A stretch of 62,496 bases of DNA, filler included, from Globobulimina sp. (Eukaryota), in the NCBI GenBank assembly GCA_003354225.1. It is 12 parts of 12 records of this genome, joined end to end, with 100 filler letters (N's around TTAATTAATTAA, not from the genome) between each part and the next. Parts side by side here need not be neighbours in the genome. Positions count along the whole stretch, not along the records: positions 20,887 to 26,005 come from PIVH01000715.1; positions 26,106 to 31,224 come from PIVH01000716.1; positions 31,325 to 36,441 come from PIVH01000717.1; positions 36,542 to 41,658 come from PIVH01000718.1; 8 more parts are not named here. One strand, given 5' to 3'. Below the pieces are notes generated by a model. The model worked only from the letters and a program-made list of their open reading frames with translations. It had not been told where the DNA came from and ran no database searches. Positions within the stretch are counted from its first letter, which is position 1, and each line of letters starts with the position of its first letter. Positions 23,629 through 36,868 of this stretch are shown piece after piece. Position numbers and translations under genes: made by a program.

Positions 23629-24305
23629 TTAATTGCAACATCCGGATTTATTTTTCTTTGTTTGTTGATCCAAAGTGACTTTGCTTCCGTTGTTATTGCC
23701 ACCATCCCCCATCGATATTTTTTTTTCAACAATGTCAGTGGCGATGGCAATAAATGCTTCTTTCACATTGGTGTCAGTTTTGGCAGAAGTTTCAAAAAAT
23801 TTTATGCCATATTCATCGGCTAATTCTTGCCCTCTGTCTTTTGTAATTATTCTATCATCGGTCATATCACATTTATTGCCAATTAATATTTTTTGCACAG
23901 AGTCAGAAGCATGTTGCTCAATGTTGCGAATCCAATTTCTTATATTTAAAAAGGACTGTTCGTCGGTGATGTCATAAACTAACAAAATGCCCATTGCGCC
24001 CCTATAATACGCAGTGGTTATCGTACGAAACCTTTCCTGTCCGGCGGTGTCCCATATTTGTAATTTCACTCTTTTACCGTCAATCTCTACCGTCTTAATC
24101 TTAAAATCAATTCCAATCGTTGTTATAAAGGATGTTGTAAATGAGTCATCACTGAATCTCAATAATAAACAACTTTTACCAACACCTAAAACATAAAAAT
24201 AAACAACACATAATTACGCAAAATCGCACATACGTACCGTACCGTACCTGAATCACCGATCATTAACAGTTTTATTAAATAATCATATGCTGCCTGACGG
24301 GCCAT
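23629..24305 (-). CDS. RAB8: Rab8/Sec4-type small GTPase
   Basis: [18 protein letters not shown] (intron 24186-24247), [46 protein letters not shown]-terminal GCCN. Confidence 0.95.
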
Positions 24306-24430
24306 TCGATTTTATAATTAATATCAAAGGAATTGAACTGAAGCGATGTTAGTAATAAGAGAGAGAGAGAGAAGATAAGATAAGCGTTTTTGCACTCAAC
24401 TCAACTGAGCTTAGCTGATCACACTGAACC

Positions 24431-26005
24431 ATGCTGCCGAAACAAGGCAAACGCAGAGTGCAAGCTTCTCGTCAAAACACTCGCCGATCAACAGCTGGGC
24501 CTCTAAAAAAATCGAAATTTGATGAACGATATTACAAAGAAAACCAAAAATCATGGATTTTTCAATATATATGTTATGGATTAATTGTTGTGGGCATAGT
24601 CATAACCATAATATTTATCGGCTCAATTGCATCTAATAAGGATAATAAAACTAAAACTAAAACAACTCTGCCGCCATTTAATCATTTTAATGTTGATGAC
24701 ATTACAGATTTAGTAAAAAACACAAAAGAAAAAGAAATAGAAATTGTATCAAATGTAAATGTAAATGCAAATATAAATGCAAATGCAGTTGAACTGACAT
24801 TTCGAATCTATACAAATGAACACTGTGACGAGTCGGATTCCACACAGTTTCTGAGCATACAAAAAAGATCAAAGGACATAGCCAAAGATTCAATTGGATC
24901 GGACTGTGCATTATGTTTTAAATTCTGTAATACAAAAATGAATGAGAATGGCAATGATATTGATATATCACTGCGAGGATTTATATCTTCTGTTCGTATC
25001 ATCTCGTCTCGCGCTCAAATGTCTGGTCAATTGGATTTATTTGGCGATTGCGCCTTCAATACGTACCATTCGTCGGTGTTTGAATTCGAAGGTTGTGTGC
25101 GTTTATATGAGTGGCCGTTGACGCAAGCAATCAGAGTGCGGAGAAATTATTTAGATTTGGCACAAACAGTGGCACCGCCAATAGACAGCAAACAATTGCC
25201 GCCGATGCAAGAACATTTGACAATGCCTCGAGATGACAGCAACGATGCTGTGGCCAAATCGTATCTGATTGTTTATTCATGTGAATCGAGCGAATACTGT
25301 GCCTTTCAGGCCCAAGCCAATTATTACGGATATTTGACCTCTCAGCAACACCCAACAAAGTCTTCGTTTTTGCGCTTATTAAGCAGCGGCGAACCGGACG
25401 ACATGGCCTCTTACATCCCCACATTCACTGCGCCGCGAAATCTATACTCTCGCCGCTATTCACCATACAACAAAGCGGATATTTTGGTGAAATGGTTTGA
25501 ATATAAACAAGACGCGAAAGCAGAGATTATTGTAGTCATAGACCCGGACAATTGGATAATCCGCGACCTCACACATTGGACAATCCAGGTCAAGGAAGGA
25601 GAGGCCATCGGCGAAGCCGCATGGTTTCATGGCAATGGATTAGTGAATGAGTTATGGAGCGAAGTGTGTGCAAATAATTGCCAATATGCGTTGGATATGG
25701 TTGGTGTGCCATACCTTGTTCATCGCAACGATTTGGAGAAAATTGCGCCATATTTCAAGCTGTACATCGATATCATGAAAGAAAGAGAAGAGAGAGACGC
25801 CTCCTTTTTGAACAAGTACAAAGGCATTCAGATGGGTTGGGGCACGGAGATGTTTGCTTATATATTTGGTGCGGCGCACGCCGGCGTAAAACATCGCGTC
25901 GTGCGAGGCATCCAGCGGAGAGACGTGTCGTCGCGACCAAACACTGTGGAGGAAGAGCTATCGATTGATATGATTCATATGGGCCGGGCGTGGTGGCCCA
26001 GCGAC
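24431..26005 (+). CDS. Type II membrane glycosyltransferase, HPAT (GT95)/peptidyl-serine galactosyltransferase (GT96)-like; 3'-truncated
   Basis: N-terminal TM anchor; IVYSCESSEY, YSPYNK, IVVIDPD (DxD), VGVPYLVHRNDLEKIAP, GWGTEMFAYIFGAAHAGVKH. Confidence 0.8.
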
Positions 26006-26105
26006 NNNNNNNNNNNNNNNNNNNNNNNNNNNNNNNNNNNNNNNNNNNNTTAATTAATTAANNNNNNNNNNNNNNNNNNNNNNNNNNNNNNNNNNNNNNN
26101 NNNNN

Positions 26106-26279
26106 ATGTGATTTTAAATATTCTTCAGTTGCACGAATGTCAATTATTACAGACTTGGCGACAAATGAATTGAATAAATCGTGAATACTACACAATTGCT
26201 CTTGTTCTGAATTATCTTCTTTGGAGCTTTTGGTGTCGTCATCCAATGCATCCTGCTCTTTTGATTCAGCCGCTGACAT
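26106..26279 (-). CDS. 5' fragment of a rhodanese-like domain protein
   Basis: MSAAESK...DLFNSF..VIIDIRATEEYLKSH resembles the rhodanese IDxR...EY...H motif; runs off the contig. Confidence 0.55.
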
Positions 26280-26505
26280 CAAACACAAACTACAAATGAA
26301 AAATAATTGACTACTAATTAAGGAACTATGACACTGTGTCAATGACATATTTTACAAATGTAAACCTACAGTGCATTGGAACAATACGCAGGTTAATTAA
26401 TAATTAAATTAGAAAATAATCCCGGTGCTATATTGAGTTTGTTTTCAATATGAGCCCGGAGCTAACAATAAAAAAAAATGAAACAAAAGATGTTTCAATA
26501 CAGAA

Positions 26506-27033
26506 TTATTTTGTTCGTCGGATTTGCCTTCGATTCGTGAACCGTCGAGCTTTTCGCGATTTATATGACAACATTTTACGTTTCTTCTTTGATTTTTTAA
26601 CCTTTGCTGATGATTTTGGAGCAATCTTTTGATTTTTAGCTGATTGCTTTAGATCATCTATAATTTCATCAATGGTCTTAAAAAGTATTTTATTTTCTTT
26701 TCTCTCCACTGTTTTAACATCATTCATTTGGTCCATTTCGTCCATCATTGCATCATTGTTACTGCCTTTATTTCCTTCCATTTCATGATCCGTGTTTAAG
26801 TCATCATTTTCTTCAGAAACTTCATCTGAATCTGAGAAACGTCCTAATTCGCCTTCAACATTAATATTCAAATAATTCGAAAGCGTATCATCGACCACAT
26901 CAACTTCGTTTTCTATGTCAAATGGAGATCGAATTATTTCCCAATCTTTTTGAATTCTATTCGGGCGCTGATATACTGCGACATTTTCGCTATTCTTACG
27001 ATTTGATTTGTTGTAAAACCAGCTAAATGACAT
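26506..27033 (-). CDS. Hypothetical protein (acidic middle, basic C-terminus)
   Basis: 175-aa ATG ORF with protein-like composition; no recognised domain. Confidence 0.6.
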   Translation of the reverse strand: MSFSWFYNKSNRKNSENVAVYQRPNRIQKDWEIIRSPFDIENEVDVVDDTLSNYLNINVEGELGRFSDSDEVSEENDDLNTDHEMEGNKGSNNDAMMDEMDQMNDVKTVERKENKILFKTIDEIIDDLKQSAKNQKIAPKSSAKVKKSKKKRKMLSYKSRKARRFTNRRQIRRTK

Positions 27034-27615
27034 TTAGTGTGGTACTGCTTATTGAGGCAAATAAAAAAAAATATTTTAATTATTGTCAAAAACTCATAGG
27101 ATTCTGAATCTGACGTATATTGTCATCATTGACGATGACTGATGACATTCACATAACTAGTTAACTACTGACATTCACTTTCTAAGTATAAAAATCGGTA
27201 CCACATGAATATGTGCACTGGTTTGGGCCATCTTGTACTATTTGCTGTGTTCAGAAACAACTGAACATTATGAAATTGATGAAAATACAAAAAAACTCAA
27301 CTATTTACTACTCAATCAGTCATCTCAGTTAATAAACAATGTCCGCCGAACACGCAACACTCCTTTGATCAGTCACGCATACATACATGCACACTTACTC
27401 TGAATTGATACCATATTGTAATTGTATCACCACCCAATATCTAAACGTGCATATTATAAAATAAACAAATTAAAAATTTTTTGTATACACCGAAAAAAAC
27501 ACAAAAATTTATCTTTTCTTTACTCTCAGTTATCTTTTCGTGGAATATAACCACTCCTATCAATATCAATTCCATTCCATATTGGATTGTTAATGTAAAC
27601 CACTATGCCCATATC

Positions 27616-29991
27616 ATGTCACATTGGTTAGCATCAACATCAAAACAACAACAACACTCAATGTCCGTCCAAAAACACTCTAACAACAACATTTATAATT
27701 TATTCTTGTTTCTATCCCTATTCTTTCTATTCACACCAATCCACAGCCAAGACACTGATCACACCACAACCTTCAACACCACCTTCGACACCACAATCAA
27801 CGACACCATCTACACCATCACCGACAACACAATAATAATCTCACAAATAAACGAATTGATTAAAAACGGCGGCATAGAACGCGGTAAAACGTGTGCTGAT
27901 ATGGGTTTGAATAACTGCACTTATATCGATACCTCACACTCTGACTCCCATCCATATGCTGATATAAACGACTGCAACTCCACAAAAGTGTGCATCATAA
28001 CTTGCGATGAGCAGTATTCATGTTCAGATTGGCACATCTACGCAGCACCAGACATGATATTGGTCATTGACTGCATAGCTCCTGGTTCCTGCAAACAGCT
28101 CTCCATTCATGCCACGCAAGCTTCCTTTGTCCACCTCCAAGCCAACAATATAAACTCGATCACAAATTCACAAATCCAATGTCCACACTCAGACTCACAC
28201 TCACAGTCACCGTCCTGTGTCATATGCGGTCGCTGTACAGATATGCATGGCGATGAACATTGCGAGCCCACTGAGACAACATTGAGCAGAATTTTCAACG
28301 ATGATTATACAGTCAAGTCCTCTGATGCTATGATGAAACATTTATCCATCTACGCCGAACATGGATACTCAGATGTGACTCTACTGTGTGATTTGTGGGA
28401 AGTGGGTCTATGCGTTACACACAGTGTGATATTATGTGAGCACCAACGGCAGCAACAAACGTGTTGGATCGCCATCGAGTATACATATGATCAGAGGTCT
28501 GCGCAGTATGCGTATGTCTGTGAGGACGATGTGCAATGTAATACTTATAGTTATAATACAACGGATGAGATACATGCAACAGTAGCAGATGTGACAGATT
28601 CCAGTGAGGATCCAGACGCGAATGCGGCAAATATATCAGACTCACAAGGTAAGGACATAGTGACTTTATTGCACTTACTACGCGATATATTAAAGAAGAA
28701 AAACATGATATTATATGTGAGCATTACGGTGTGCACTGTCGTCTGTTTGTGTGGTGTGTTATGCGTATTAGTATGCAAATGTCCATCACGAGACAGAGAG
28801 CGCGAAAACGATGCAAAGAGAGAATTTAAATTCGAGCAAAAACAGCAGGAGAAACAAAATGTAAAATATAATAAAAACAGTTATAAACTATGCAAGAAAT
28901 GTACAGCAAAGTCGTGTTTATGTTATTATTTATCGTGTTGTTGTTGTTGTTATTGCTGGCAATGTTTACGTCGCTCATCGCAGCAAAACACACATTTAAA
29001 TAATAGCCATAACCATAGCACGCCTCCAAAGCACATGCATGTCAACAAAGACAACGTCAACAATAACTCTCATACGGATGAGCCACAAACTATAAATCCA
29101 CTATCCATTGATAAAAAAGGTGGCATTATTCCTTCATTTTTCATTAAAAACCGAGATAAACAGCTCATATCACCATCGCATTCAGGAACGAATACTGTCG
29201 AATTGGTCGTAATTGCCAATAATAATTTACATCCACCGGCGTATTTATCGCATATACAACAACAATCGCATACCACTACGATCGCACCATCGTGCAATTT
29301 AAATAAATTAGTTAACTTACAACAACAACAAAGCTTATCCTCGCAACACAGGCAATGCAACACAGAGCGGGGTACGTTTTCACGTAGTTTTGAGACACAG
29401 ATGCATTTACAACAACGATCGTGTTCTCATACCTCACACCATGATGGATTGGAAGAGCAGGCTGCAAAGAAAATTGGTGATGCGAAATTAGGCACAAATA
29501 CCGGACATAATACGCAGGCAAATAGCAATACGCCCAATCATAATCATACACCGTTTCTACCCAATGATGCATGTCATTGTCCTGTAACACATTGTCCTGT
29601 CACAGCAAAACATGATACAGATACAGGTACACTTGGTGCCGTAGTTGGTGGTGACTTTGCCTATGCACTGAAGATGCAACAGCAGCAGATATTTGATGCT
29701 GTGCTGGTGGGTAATACACCGACAACGACAAAAAATACACCTACGGATACACCGGGCCATACACCACCAACCAATGGCGATACACCATATACAATCACAG
29801 TGGGCAATGTACATTCGGAGGCACAACATGTACCGACACAGACCATTGCGGCCGATGGTGATATTATTAATCTTGGCGGCGGCTTTGCCATTGGACCGGA
29901 AGAGTCCACCTCGTCCACACATACATCCATTACGGACTCACGGTCTTCGCAGACATTCGATCCTGAACATCCGAGTTGTTATGATCAATAA
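27616..29991 (+). CDS. Cys-rich type I membrane protein with long low-complexity cytoplasmic tail (start codon uncertain: 27616 or 27661)
   Basis: Signal-like LFLFLSLFFLFTPIHS; Cys-rich ectodomain (CIITCDEQYSC..IDCIAPGSC); TM ILYVSITVCTVVCLCGVLCVLV; poly-Cys cluster; His/Gln/Thr-rich tail. Confidence 0.7.
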   Translation: MSHWLASTSKQQQHSMSVQKHSNNNIYNLFLFLSLFFLFTPIHSQDTDHTTTFNTTFDTTINDTIYTITDNTIIISQINELIKNGGIERGKTCADMGLNNCTYIDTSHSDSHPYADINDCNSTKVCIITCDEQYSCSDWHIYAAPDMILVIDCIAPGSCKQLSIHATQASFVHLQANNINSITNSQIQCPHSDSHSQSPSCVICGRCTDMHGDEHCEPTETTLSRIFNDDYTVKSSDAMMKHLSIYAEHGYSDVTLLCDLWEVGLCVTHSVILCEHQRQQQTCWIAIEYTYDQRSAQYAYVCEDDVQCNTYSYNTTDEIHATVADVTDSSEDPDANAANISDSQGKDIVTLLHLLRDILKKKNMILYVSITVCTVVCLCGVLCVLVCKCPSRDRERENDAKREFKFEQKQQEKQNVKYNKNSYKLCKKCTAKSCLCYYLSCCCCCYCWQCLRRSSQQNTHLNNSHNHSTPPKHMHVNKDNVNNNSHTDEPQTINPLSIDKKGGIIPSFFIKNRDKQLISPSHSGTNTVELVVIANNNLHPPAYLSHIQQQSHTTTIAPSCNLNKLVNLQQQQSLSSQHRQCNTERGTFSRSFETQMHLQQRSCSHTSHHDGLEEQAAKKIGDAKLGTNTGHNTQANSNTPNHNHTPFLPNDACHCPVTHCPVTAKHDTDTGTLGAVVGGDFAYALKMQQQQIFDAVLVGNTPTTTKNTPTDTPGHTPPTNGDTPYTITVGNVHSEAQHVPTQTIAADGDIINLGGGFAIGPEESTSSTHTSITDSRSSQTFDPEHPSCYDQ

Positions 29992-32102
29992 TTTATGATC
30001 CATGTTTTATGTGCACTGTATACATAATTGTTTCTCCATATATTATAATATATTTTTTTTTTAGTTATTTATTTTGTTTATTTATTTTATATAATTAGCC
30101 ATCATTTCATTTGCAATTTAATTCTCAAATGACATATTTATAGCTTGTGTTGTGCTGTATTTGACTTTTTTTTTAACGTTTTTTCGAGTGTTTTATGTTT
30201 TTTTTTTGTTTTTGTGAATAAATTCATTGTATGTTTGAAGTAGGAATAAAAATTTTAGCAATTTTTATTCGTTTTCGAAAATCAAAATGTATTCAAGTTA
30301 TTATGATATCACCATAATTATATCTATATTACGTAACGTAATTAATATTTAGATGTTTTTTGCTTTTTGCTTTTTGCATGTTTTTTTTGTTTGCTTCTTA
30401 TAATTTGCTGGTTTTCTTGTTTTTGTTGATGTGTCTTTAAAATGTGTTTTTATGAATTAATTTTTTTTTTTTTGGTGATAAACTGTTTAATATTAATGTG
30501 GTGTATATAATAATAATAATAATACCCGTAGTTATAATTATAAATTTTCACACAAAAAACACACATAGCAGTGATATAGCACATATATATTTGTCTACTT
30601 TGAAATTCATTTTGTTGTTTTGTTTTTAACTCATATCTCATCGATCATATAATTAGTATCAACTTTTTTTGTTGTCATATTGTTTTAATTTTGTTTACTT
30701 TTTTTTAACTTTTGTGATATTTCTTATATACTATGGTTAATAATAAAATCACAAATATTAAATATGTATCGTTTTTGTTTTGCTCTCTTTATCTTAGCTT
30801 CTTTTTAAGTATTAACGAAATTTTTTATATTAATATGTTAGGTATATAAATAATGTCAAGTAATAATTGTTTTCTTTCTCGCTGTGAAGAAAACGAGGTG
30901 TTGCTGAAATGCAACGGACAGCCTTCCACACAAATCAATAGATTTATGTTTACAAATGTGTTGCAGGCAAGCCTGGCAAGGTGAATGATGTGATGACGAC
31001 AGGATTTTCTGAAAAAGATCATCTAAGAATTGATGTACCGGGATAAGGCTAACAATAGAGATAAAACAAAAAAAAAGATTAAAAACAGCTTAAATTTAAC
31101 ATGTTTGTCGGAGAAACCCGATAAATTAAATGTATTGGGCCCCAAAAAAATTCTAATCACAAAACAAAAATACACAAATGAACAATTTTTGATACCCATT
31201 ACATTTAAATTATCGGATTTATCCNNNNNNNNNNNNNNNNNNNNNNNNNNNNNNNNNNNNNNNNNNNNTTAATTAATTAANNNNNNNNNNNNNNNNNNNN
31301 NNNNNNNNNNNNNNNNNNNNNNNNTGATAATGTAACGCCAATTATTGATGACTGGAACGAACTTACAATTTGCCATGATGGTGGGCATTATCCAAATTGC
31401 TTGACGCTTACCATTCCATAAATTCAAATTGACGTACCAGCTGGCCAGTGCAACCATGTTTGCATATTATGTGGGCTATACAATAGTGTGTCGTTTGTGT
31501 TTGCAGTTGATGATGACATGTGCCGTTAAGTAGTGATTGTTGCATTGCTTACATAAAAACTTTTCATACATACATTAAAAATAAATCACATCACAATACA
31601 AAACATGGTAATATGACATATTACTCCCTCCCCTACCAATAAGAAAAGTAGGTTTCTGTCTTTGAGGGTTACAATAAACAATGACATAAAATCCAATGGC
31701 AAAAATTTTTCTTTTCTCTGTTGGCATTCTTCCGTTCTCATTCTGATGCTTCTGACAAAGAATTCTCCTGACTTGGTCTCTTTCCATTGGCTTGCTGGTG
31801 TTGCCCTAATTCATCACTACCCATTCATTGTAAATGCTTCAAGCTCCTCCTTCCTGGTAACCACTGCTCCTTCCTGAATCCAATTTGATACCTTTGAGCA
31901 ATGGTACAATGACAACTTCTCAATGTTGAACTTTTAGAACCAACATATAAAATTTGGCAATCCATACTGCTTCGTTACCATTAAAAACTACCATTTCTGC
32001 TGCTTTAAGATAAGCGTTACCAAATACTTACAGGCAATCCCGACTTCTTTGTTGCCATTTCACATTACCATTTCTGCTGCTTCCCAGCAATTGTTACCAT
32101 TG

Positions 32103-32287
32103 GGACATGATGCTTGTTAGAAGTTGACTAGACTTCAAGTTCGCACCAATCAAGAAATAAGGACATGGTGTTTGTTAGAAGTTAGTCAGACTTCAGGTTC
32201 ACACCAATCAAATTACCAAGACATGGTGTTTATTAGAAGTTGATCAGACTTCAGATTCACACCAATCAAAATTTACAGGGACGTGGA
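32103..32287. repeat. Three degenerate ~58-bp tandem repeats, each with a GAAGT-N7-ACTTC inverted repeat and CCAATC
   Basis: Units start at 32103, 32161 and 32219 (partial fourth at 32279); consensus GGACATGGTGTTTGTTAGAAGTTGnnnAGACTTCAnnTTCACACCAATCAA. Confidence 0.85.
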
Positions 32288-35200
32288 CAAGTACCATTGG
32301 AATTTCTATGAACTTCCTTTGGAAGTCTTATGACCTTCCTTTTGCTCGGCCGAGACTTTTTTGGTACATTTTGAAAAATTGAGCTGGGGGAAACCGTTTT
32401 GGGACGAAAACGAAAATACAATCAAGACGTTCACAATTTCTGGCCAACCTTTGTTCTCCATTTCCATAGATAACTCAATATACTTGGACCACATTTTCTA
32501 TTCCTTTAGTGGCTCCTTTTCCAATTGACACTGTTGGCTGTTTACTGCTAATGGACTACAACAGGACAAAAACCATAAATTCCAAAGCAAATTCTTGACA
32601 ATTCCCAACATCCACTGCAATACGGCCGTACTTGCAGCGTACGCGAATTTCTGTCCATTCTTTGCAAACATTGATGTTCCATACTTGGTCTCATAGTCCA
32701 TTTCGCGTCCATGAAGATGGCATCCTTTCGCTAGTGGCATTCTTCCCATCACCTCATCACAAGATTTTCAGTAACAGAATGCTAGGGTCGAGGTCCGAAG
32801 ACTTAGCAAGGAACGTTCTCCCACACCTCCTTTCTAACAGCATCCTCGCCAATTGTCTATGAAGAACTCCTTGATTGGCCGGTCATGTCATACACATGAA
32901 AACATGAAAACATCTGAACAGTGAACATTCTAGCAAACCATTTCGAGCTGGTCGCTATTTGACATTTTGGTTTCCCCCTTTTAAACATGAACAAAATTTT
33001 GGTAACCTTCTTTCGGCAGCTTTCAGTACAGAGATTGCCATTTAGGAATTGAAGGAGAGAAAAAGAACAAAGGGAGAATTCGAAAAATTGAACCATAATA
33101 CGGGATTATCATTCCTCCAGTTGCTACTGATAACCATGAGGTCATACGGGTAGTTACTACCAAACAATGGTAACGGGTACAATTAAAGGAAAATACTGTA
33201 CTTGACTACGTACATTTTGACATAATGTGGCCTGGGGAAAATGACAATTTCTATCCAATACCAGACAATATGGATGGGATACTGTAGCAGTTTTTTGTCC
33301 ATAACTTTGTTCTTTTGGTCGTAAACTTTAACTTGAGTGGTTAAACATTATTTTCGACTGAATTGACAAAACCATTGGTGGGGATTACGAATTAGGAGCG
33401 TACAGTACCCACATAGAAGACATAATAGCAGTGGTCAACTATTATCCTTCCAAAATGACCACTTTTAACTTCCGGGAATTCGCGACGTTACCATATGTGT
33501 AAATTTGACTACAAATAGGAACACCAATACTGGGATCAGCTGCTTTGATCATGAGTTTTCCTTGATAGTTATCCATACAAAACAGTTCATTGTCACCAGA
33601 AATGTTCCCTTCTGTGGTTGATTTGATGGAATTTATAAGTACACCGCGAACAAAATTTCCACCGTACAATTAAATATGGCTACAGGTACCCGAACTGACA
33701 TAAACTGAATAGAAATGCAGGATGATAGTATTACGGTAATATTACAGTACATTTCCAAACCAAATATGATTGAAACAGGAACTGATGACATTCATTTCTC
33801 CACATACCATAAAAACTCATAAAAGCCATACCTGAGGTCCACATGATAATAGATTTTTGGACACTTCCAGCTGTAGCTTGCCCATTGATGTTGTTTCGAT
33901 CTCATTCTTTGTTATCGGTTTCCATGGCCTTCCAAAATGATAGATTTGAATGTCCTGATTCTTCCCTTGGTTTCCTTCACACTGTCTACCCTTAATCACT
34001 ACATTTCCAAAATACCGACGTTTACATCCATATTGCGGTACCAAAAATGTTCATAAGTTGTTTCCTTTTGTTGAACCGTACAATTTCATCCAAACTCTCT
34101 ACATCCCAACATCACTAATGGTCCTTGAAAATAAAACCACTCCTTGATTGTTATTCCATACTATTAACTGCTCCATACCATATCCAGTAGTACCATACTT
34201 TTGTCTCTTAAAAATTGAGCACATAAATCAGCATTTCCCTGACCATTGTATTCACCGTCTCTTCCCATTGGCAATAACTTCTGATCAACCATCTGTCAGT
34301 TGAAAATTTGAACTTTGAAATTCTCCCGTACATTTGACCATTCTAACCGTTGGGTCCAATGAATTCTCCTTCCTTGTTCCTGTATGTACTTTCAGTTCTA
34401 CTATCATCACAGTGTTTCTTCCGAACTTGTTGTCTTCTAATTTGCTTCAGCACATAACACAATTTGAGTCCATTTTGGTCGATGATTCTAACCAAACAAT
34501 CGAAATAAATTTGAATATCTTGCAACCACCATTTTGAAATTCACTTTCTTGATTCCTGTGATTATTCCTGGTCCTTTTTGTCACTAAATTGTGTTTCTTC
34601 CCATTTCCCCTCTATAATAACATTCTGGTGTGTAACTCCGATTGATTCCGCCTCACTTTTCAGATCTATTGGCTGTATTACCAGTGTCACATGGCGTCAA
34701 CACTTTGAATTGTAATGGTCTTGTCACATCTATACTCCTTTGATCTGAGTCCTTCCATCCTTTATTTGTCGTTGGAACACATTTATTATTGGATGATATG
34801 ATCCGTCCTGAATTTCTGATGTTCTTGCAGCAAAAATAATTTTTATCTGTCCTTCATTACCATATTTGCATCACAAGATTGGTATTATTCGCTGGTCCTA
34901 ACAAATTCCTGAGTCTGTTTGTCAGTAATTAGAGTTCGTCTCCAAGTAGATTCACATTAATCGATTTCATAATCGGGCCACTTTACTAGTCCAACTTGTT
35001 GCATATGATAGTCACAACACTATACTTGGTAGTCACATCCTTCCTGTTAGATTCTGACTAGTCAGCAAACTATGCATTATTGCTACACGAGCTTCGGGAC
35101 TTCATCGCTTGCAATCAATGGAACACCGTTTCATGTTGATATAATTAGTCGGCTTCCCGCATAAAATTTGCTGTTTCCCGAGAATACCATCATCTACTTC

Positions 35201-36868
35201 TTTCTTCTGACATCACATATTCCTTCAGGTTAGTCAATTCCAGCTCTACATCCTATGTCGACATCATTTGAGTTCCGGAATTGCATCAATTTCTGTCACA
35301 CAGATTGTATTTCACCCATTCTCCCGATACAAAAGTCCTTTCTTAACAATTGAATCTTCCTTCCCATAATTGTCGCTGCATCAATTGATCGAACCATATT
35401 TTAAATGTCCAACAAACACCAGATTGACTACGATCATCTTTCGGTTCCAACCAATTTTCCAATATCTCATGATGTGATATTTCCATTCCATCCAATGACA
35501 CCAATTCCGATCCTTTGATGTCTCTAGCCATTGGCATTACAGCCACAAAGAAGAAAAAATGAATATAGTAATAGAACACCACTATCCCGCTACTGCTAAG
35601 GAAAATGTTCCAAGACTACACGGCACCATTCTAGCACTCCAGGGCCAGACACGATGGAACGAAACTCGATGTGTTCTTTCTTCGACCTGAAAGATAGGAA
35701 CATTCTTTCTTCACTTCCATACCATAAAAGCCCATTACACATCATCCCCATTTACAGAAACACACAAATTCTGTTTTTATTGACCGGAATATAAGGCAAC
35801 ATACACAGGCACAGGCAAAATACAAGAAAGGACAACTTGTAATCCAAAATGGCCACAAGAAAAAAAAATTTCTGTCTGTTCCCCTCGAAATTCCTGAGTG
35901 ACGACCACAATTTCCCTTTCTTACATAGGATTTTCTCTTTCTTCAGATGGCCCATTAATGTCGATTTTCATATTGAGTAACAAAAACATTAAATCCTCGT
36001 AACATGCCAAAATGGACGATAAACACCGGATTTCACTGATAGTGTGAACGCGTACAATGATTAAATCTTCACTCCAGAAAAAGGGGCGTATGCAAAAACA
36101 ACAAATAGTGAGTGCCAGCCATTCCAAGTTTCGCCAGGTAGACAGGAAAATTTGCCATTCCATAAAAGCACCCAAAATGAAAACTTGTCAGTGACTTTGG
36201 GTCCTGCCCATTTATTTGCCACAATTACATATACAATTACATATACAAATAAACAAAATACAATTATTTTACAATACAACACAAAATTTAAGATAATTAC
36301 GTAATAATATAATTTGAGACGGCGCTGATCAATAATTTTTGGTCCTGGTCGAAAATTCTGAATCAATCCACGGTTGATTGTCATATGTAGGTAACTCATT
36401 TTGTCCGTGACCTTCATCCTCAAGTTCTTGTGGTCGGTTCCNNNNNNNNNNNNNNNNNNNNNNNNNNNNNNNNNNNNNNNNNNNNTTAATTAATTAANNN
36501 NNNNNNNNNNNNNNNNNNNNNNNNNNNNNNNNNNNNNNNNNCAGCTCTTAGACAACATGTTGAACATGTTACTCAAATGTTCAACCCACAATTTTAAAAC
36601 CCCTGAGAAAGTGTCCACACTCTTGCCATGTTATCCTACTTCTCATTCTTCTAAAAAAGTGAGTTACTAGTACTGGAACACTAATTGTTTAGGTTTGGTA
36701 CTTTGGTATGTACAGCAAACGTCGTTTGATTAAAAACATGTACACCACTGTCATCATCTGTTTTTTGTAGAGAATGAACAATGATCATATTACAATAGAA
36801 ATCTGAATATGAAACATAACAAACAAACGAAGTAACACATGTGCAAAATATCATTTGTATCAATTGTA

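Noticed and set aside
22027-24371. (TTTA)n, (CT)n, (GA)n and intronic (GTACG)3 repeats
   Set aside because: Ordinary microsatellites in introns and UTRs
30000-31224. Long AT/T-rich stretch with short ORFs
   Set aside because: Consistent with 3' UTR or intergenic DNA; no structure or coding signal supported
32103-32287. CRISPR-like array
   Set aside because: Units are similar along their whole length with no unique spacers, there are only three copies, and no cas genes are present
31325-36441. Alternative genetic code (stop reassignment) hiding a long gene
   Set aside because: In the frames translated by hand all three stop types occur and reading through them gave no recognisable protein; not every frame was checked exhaustively
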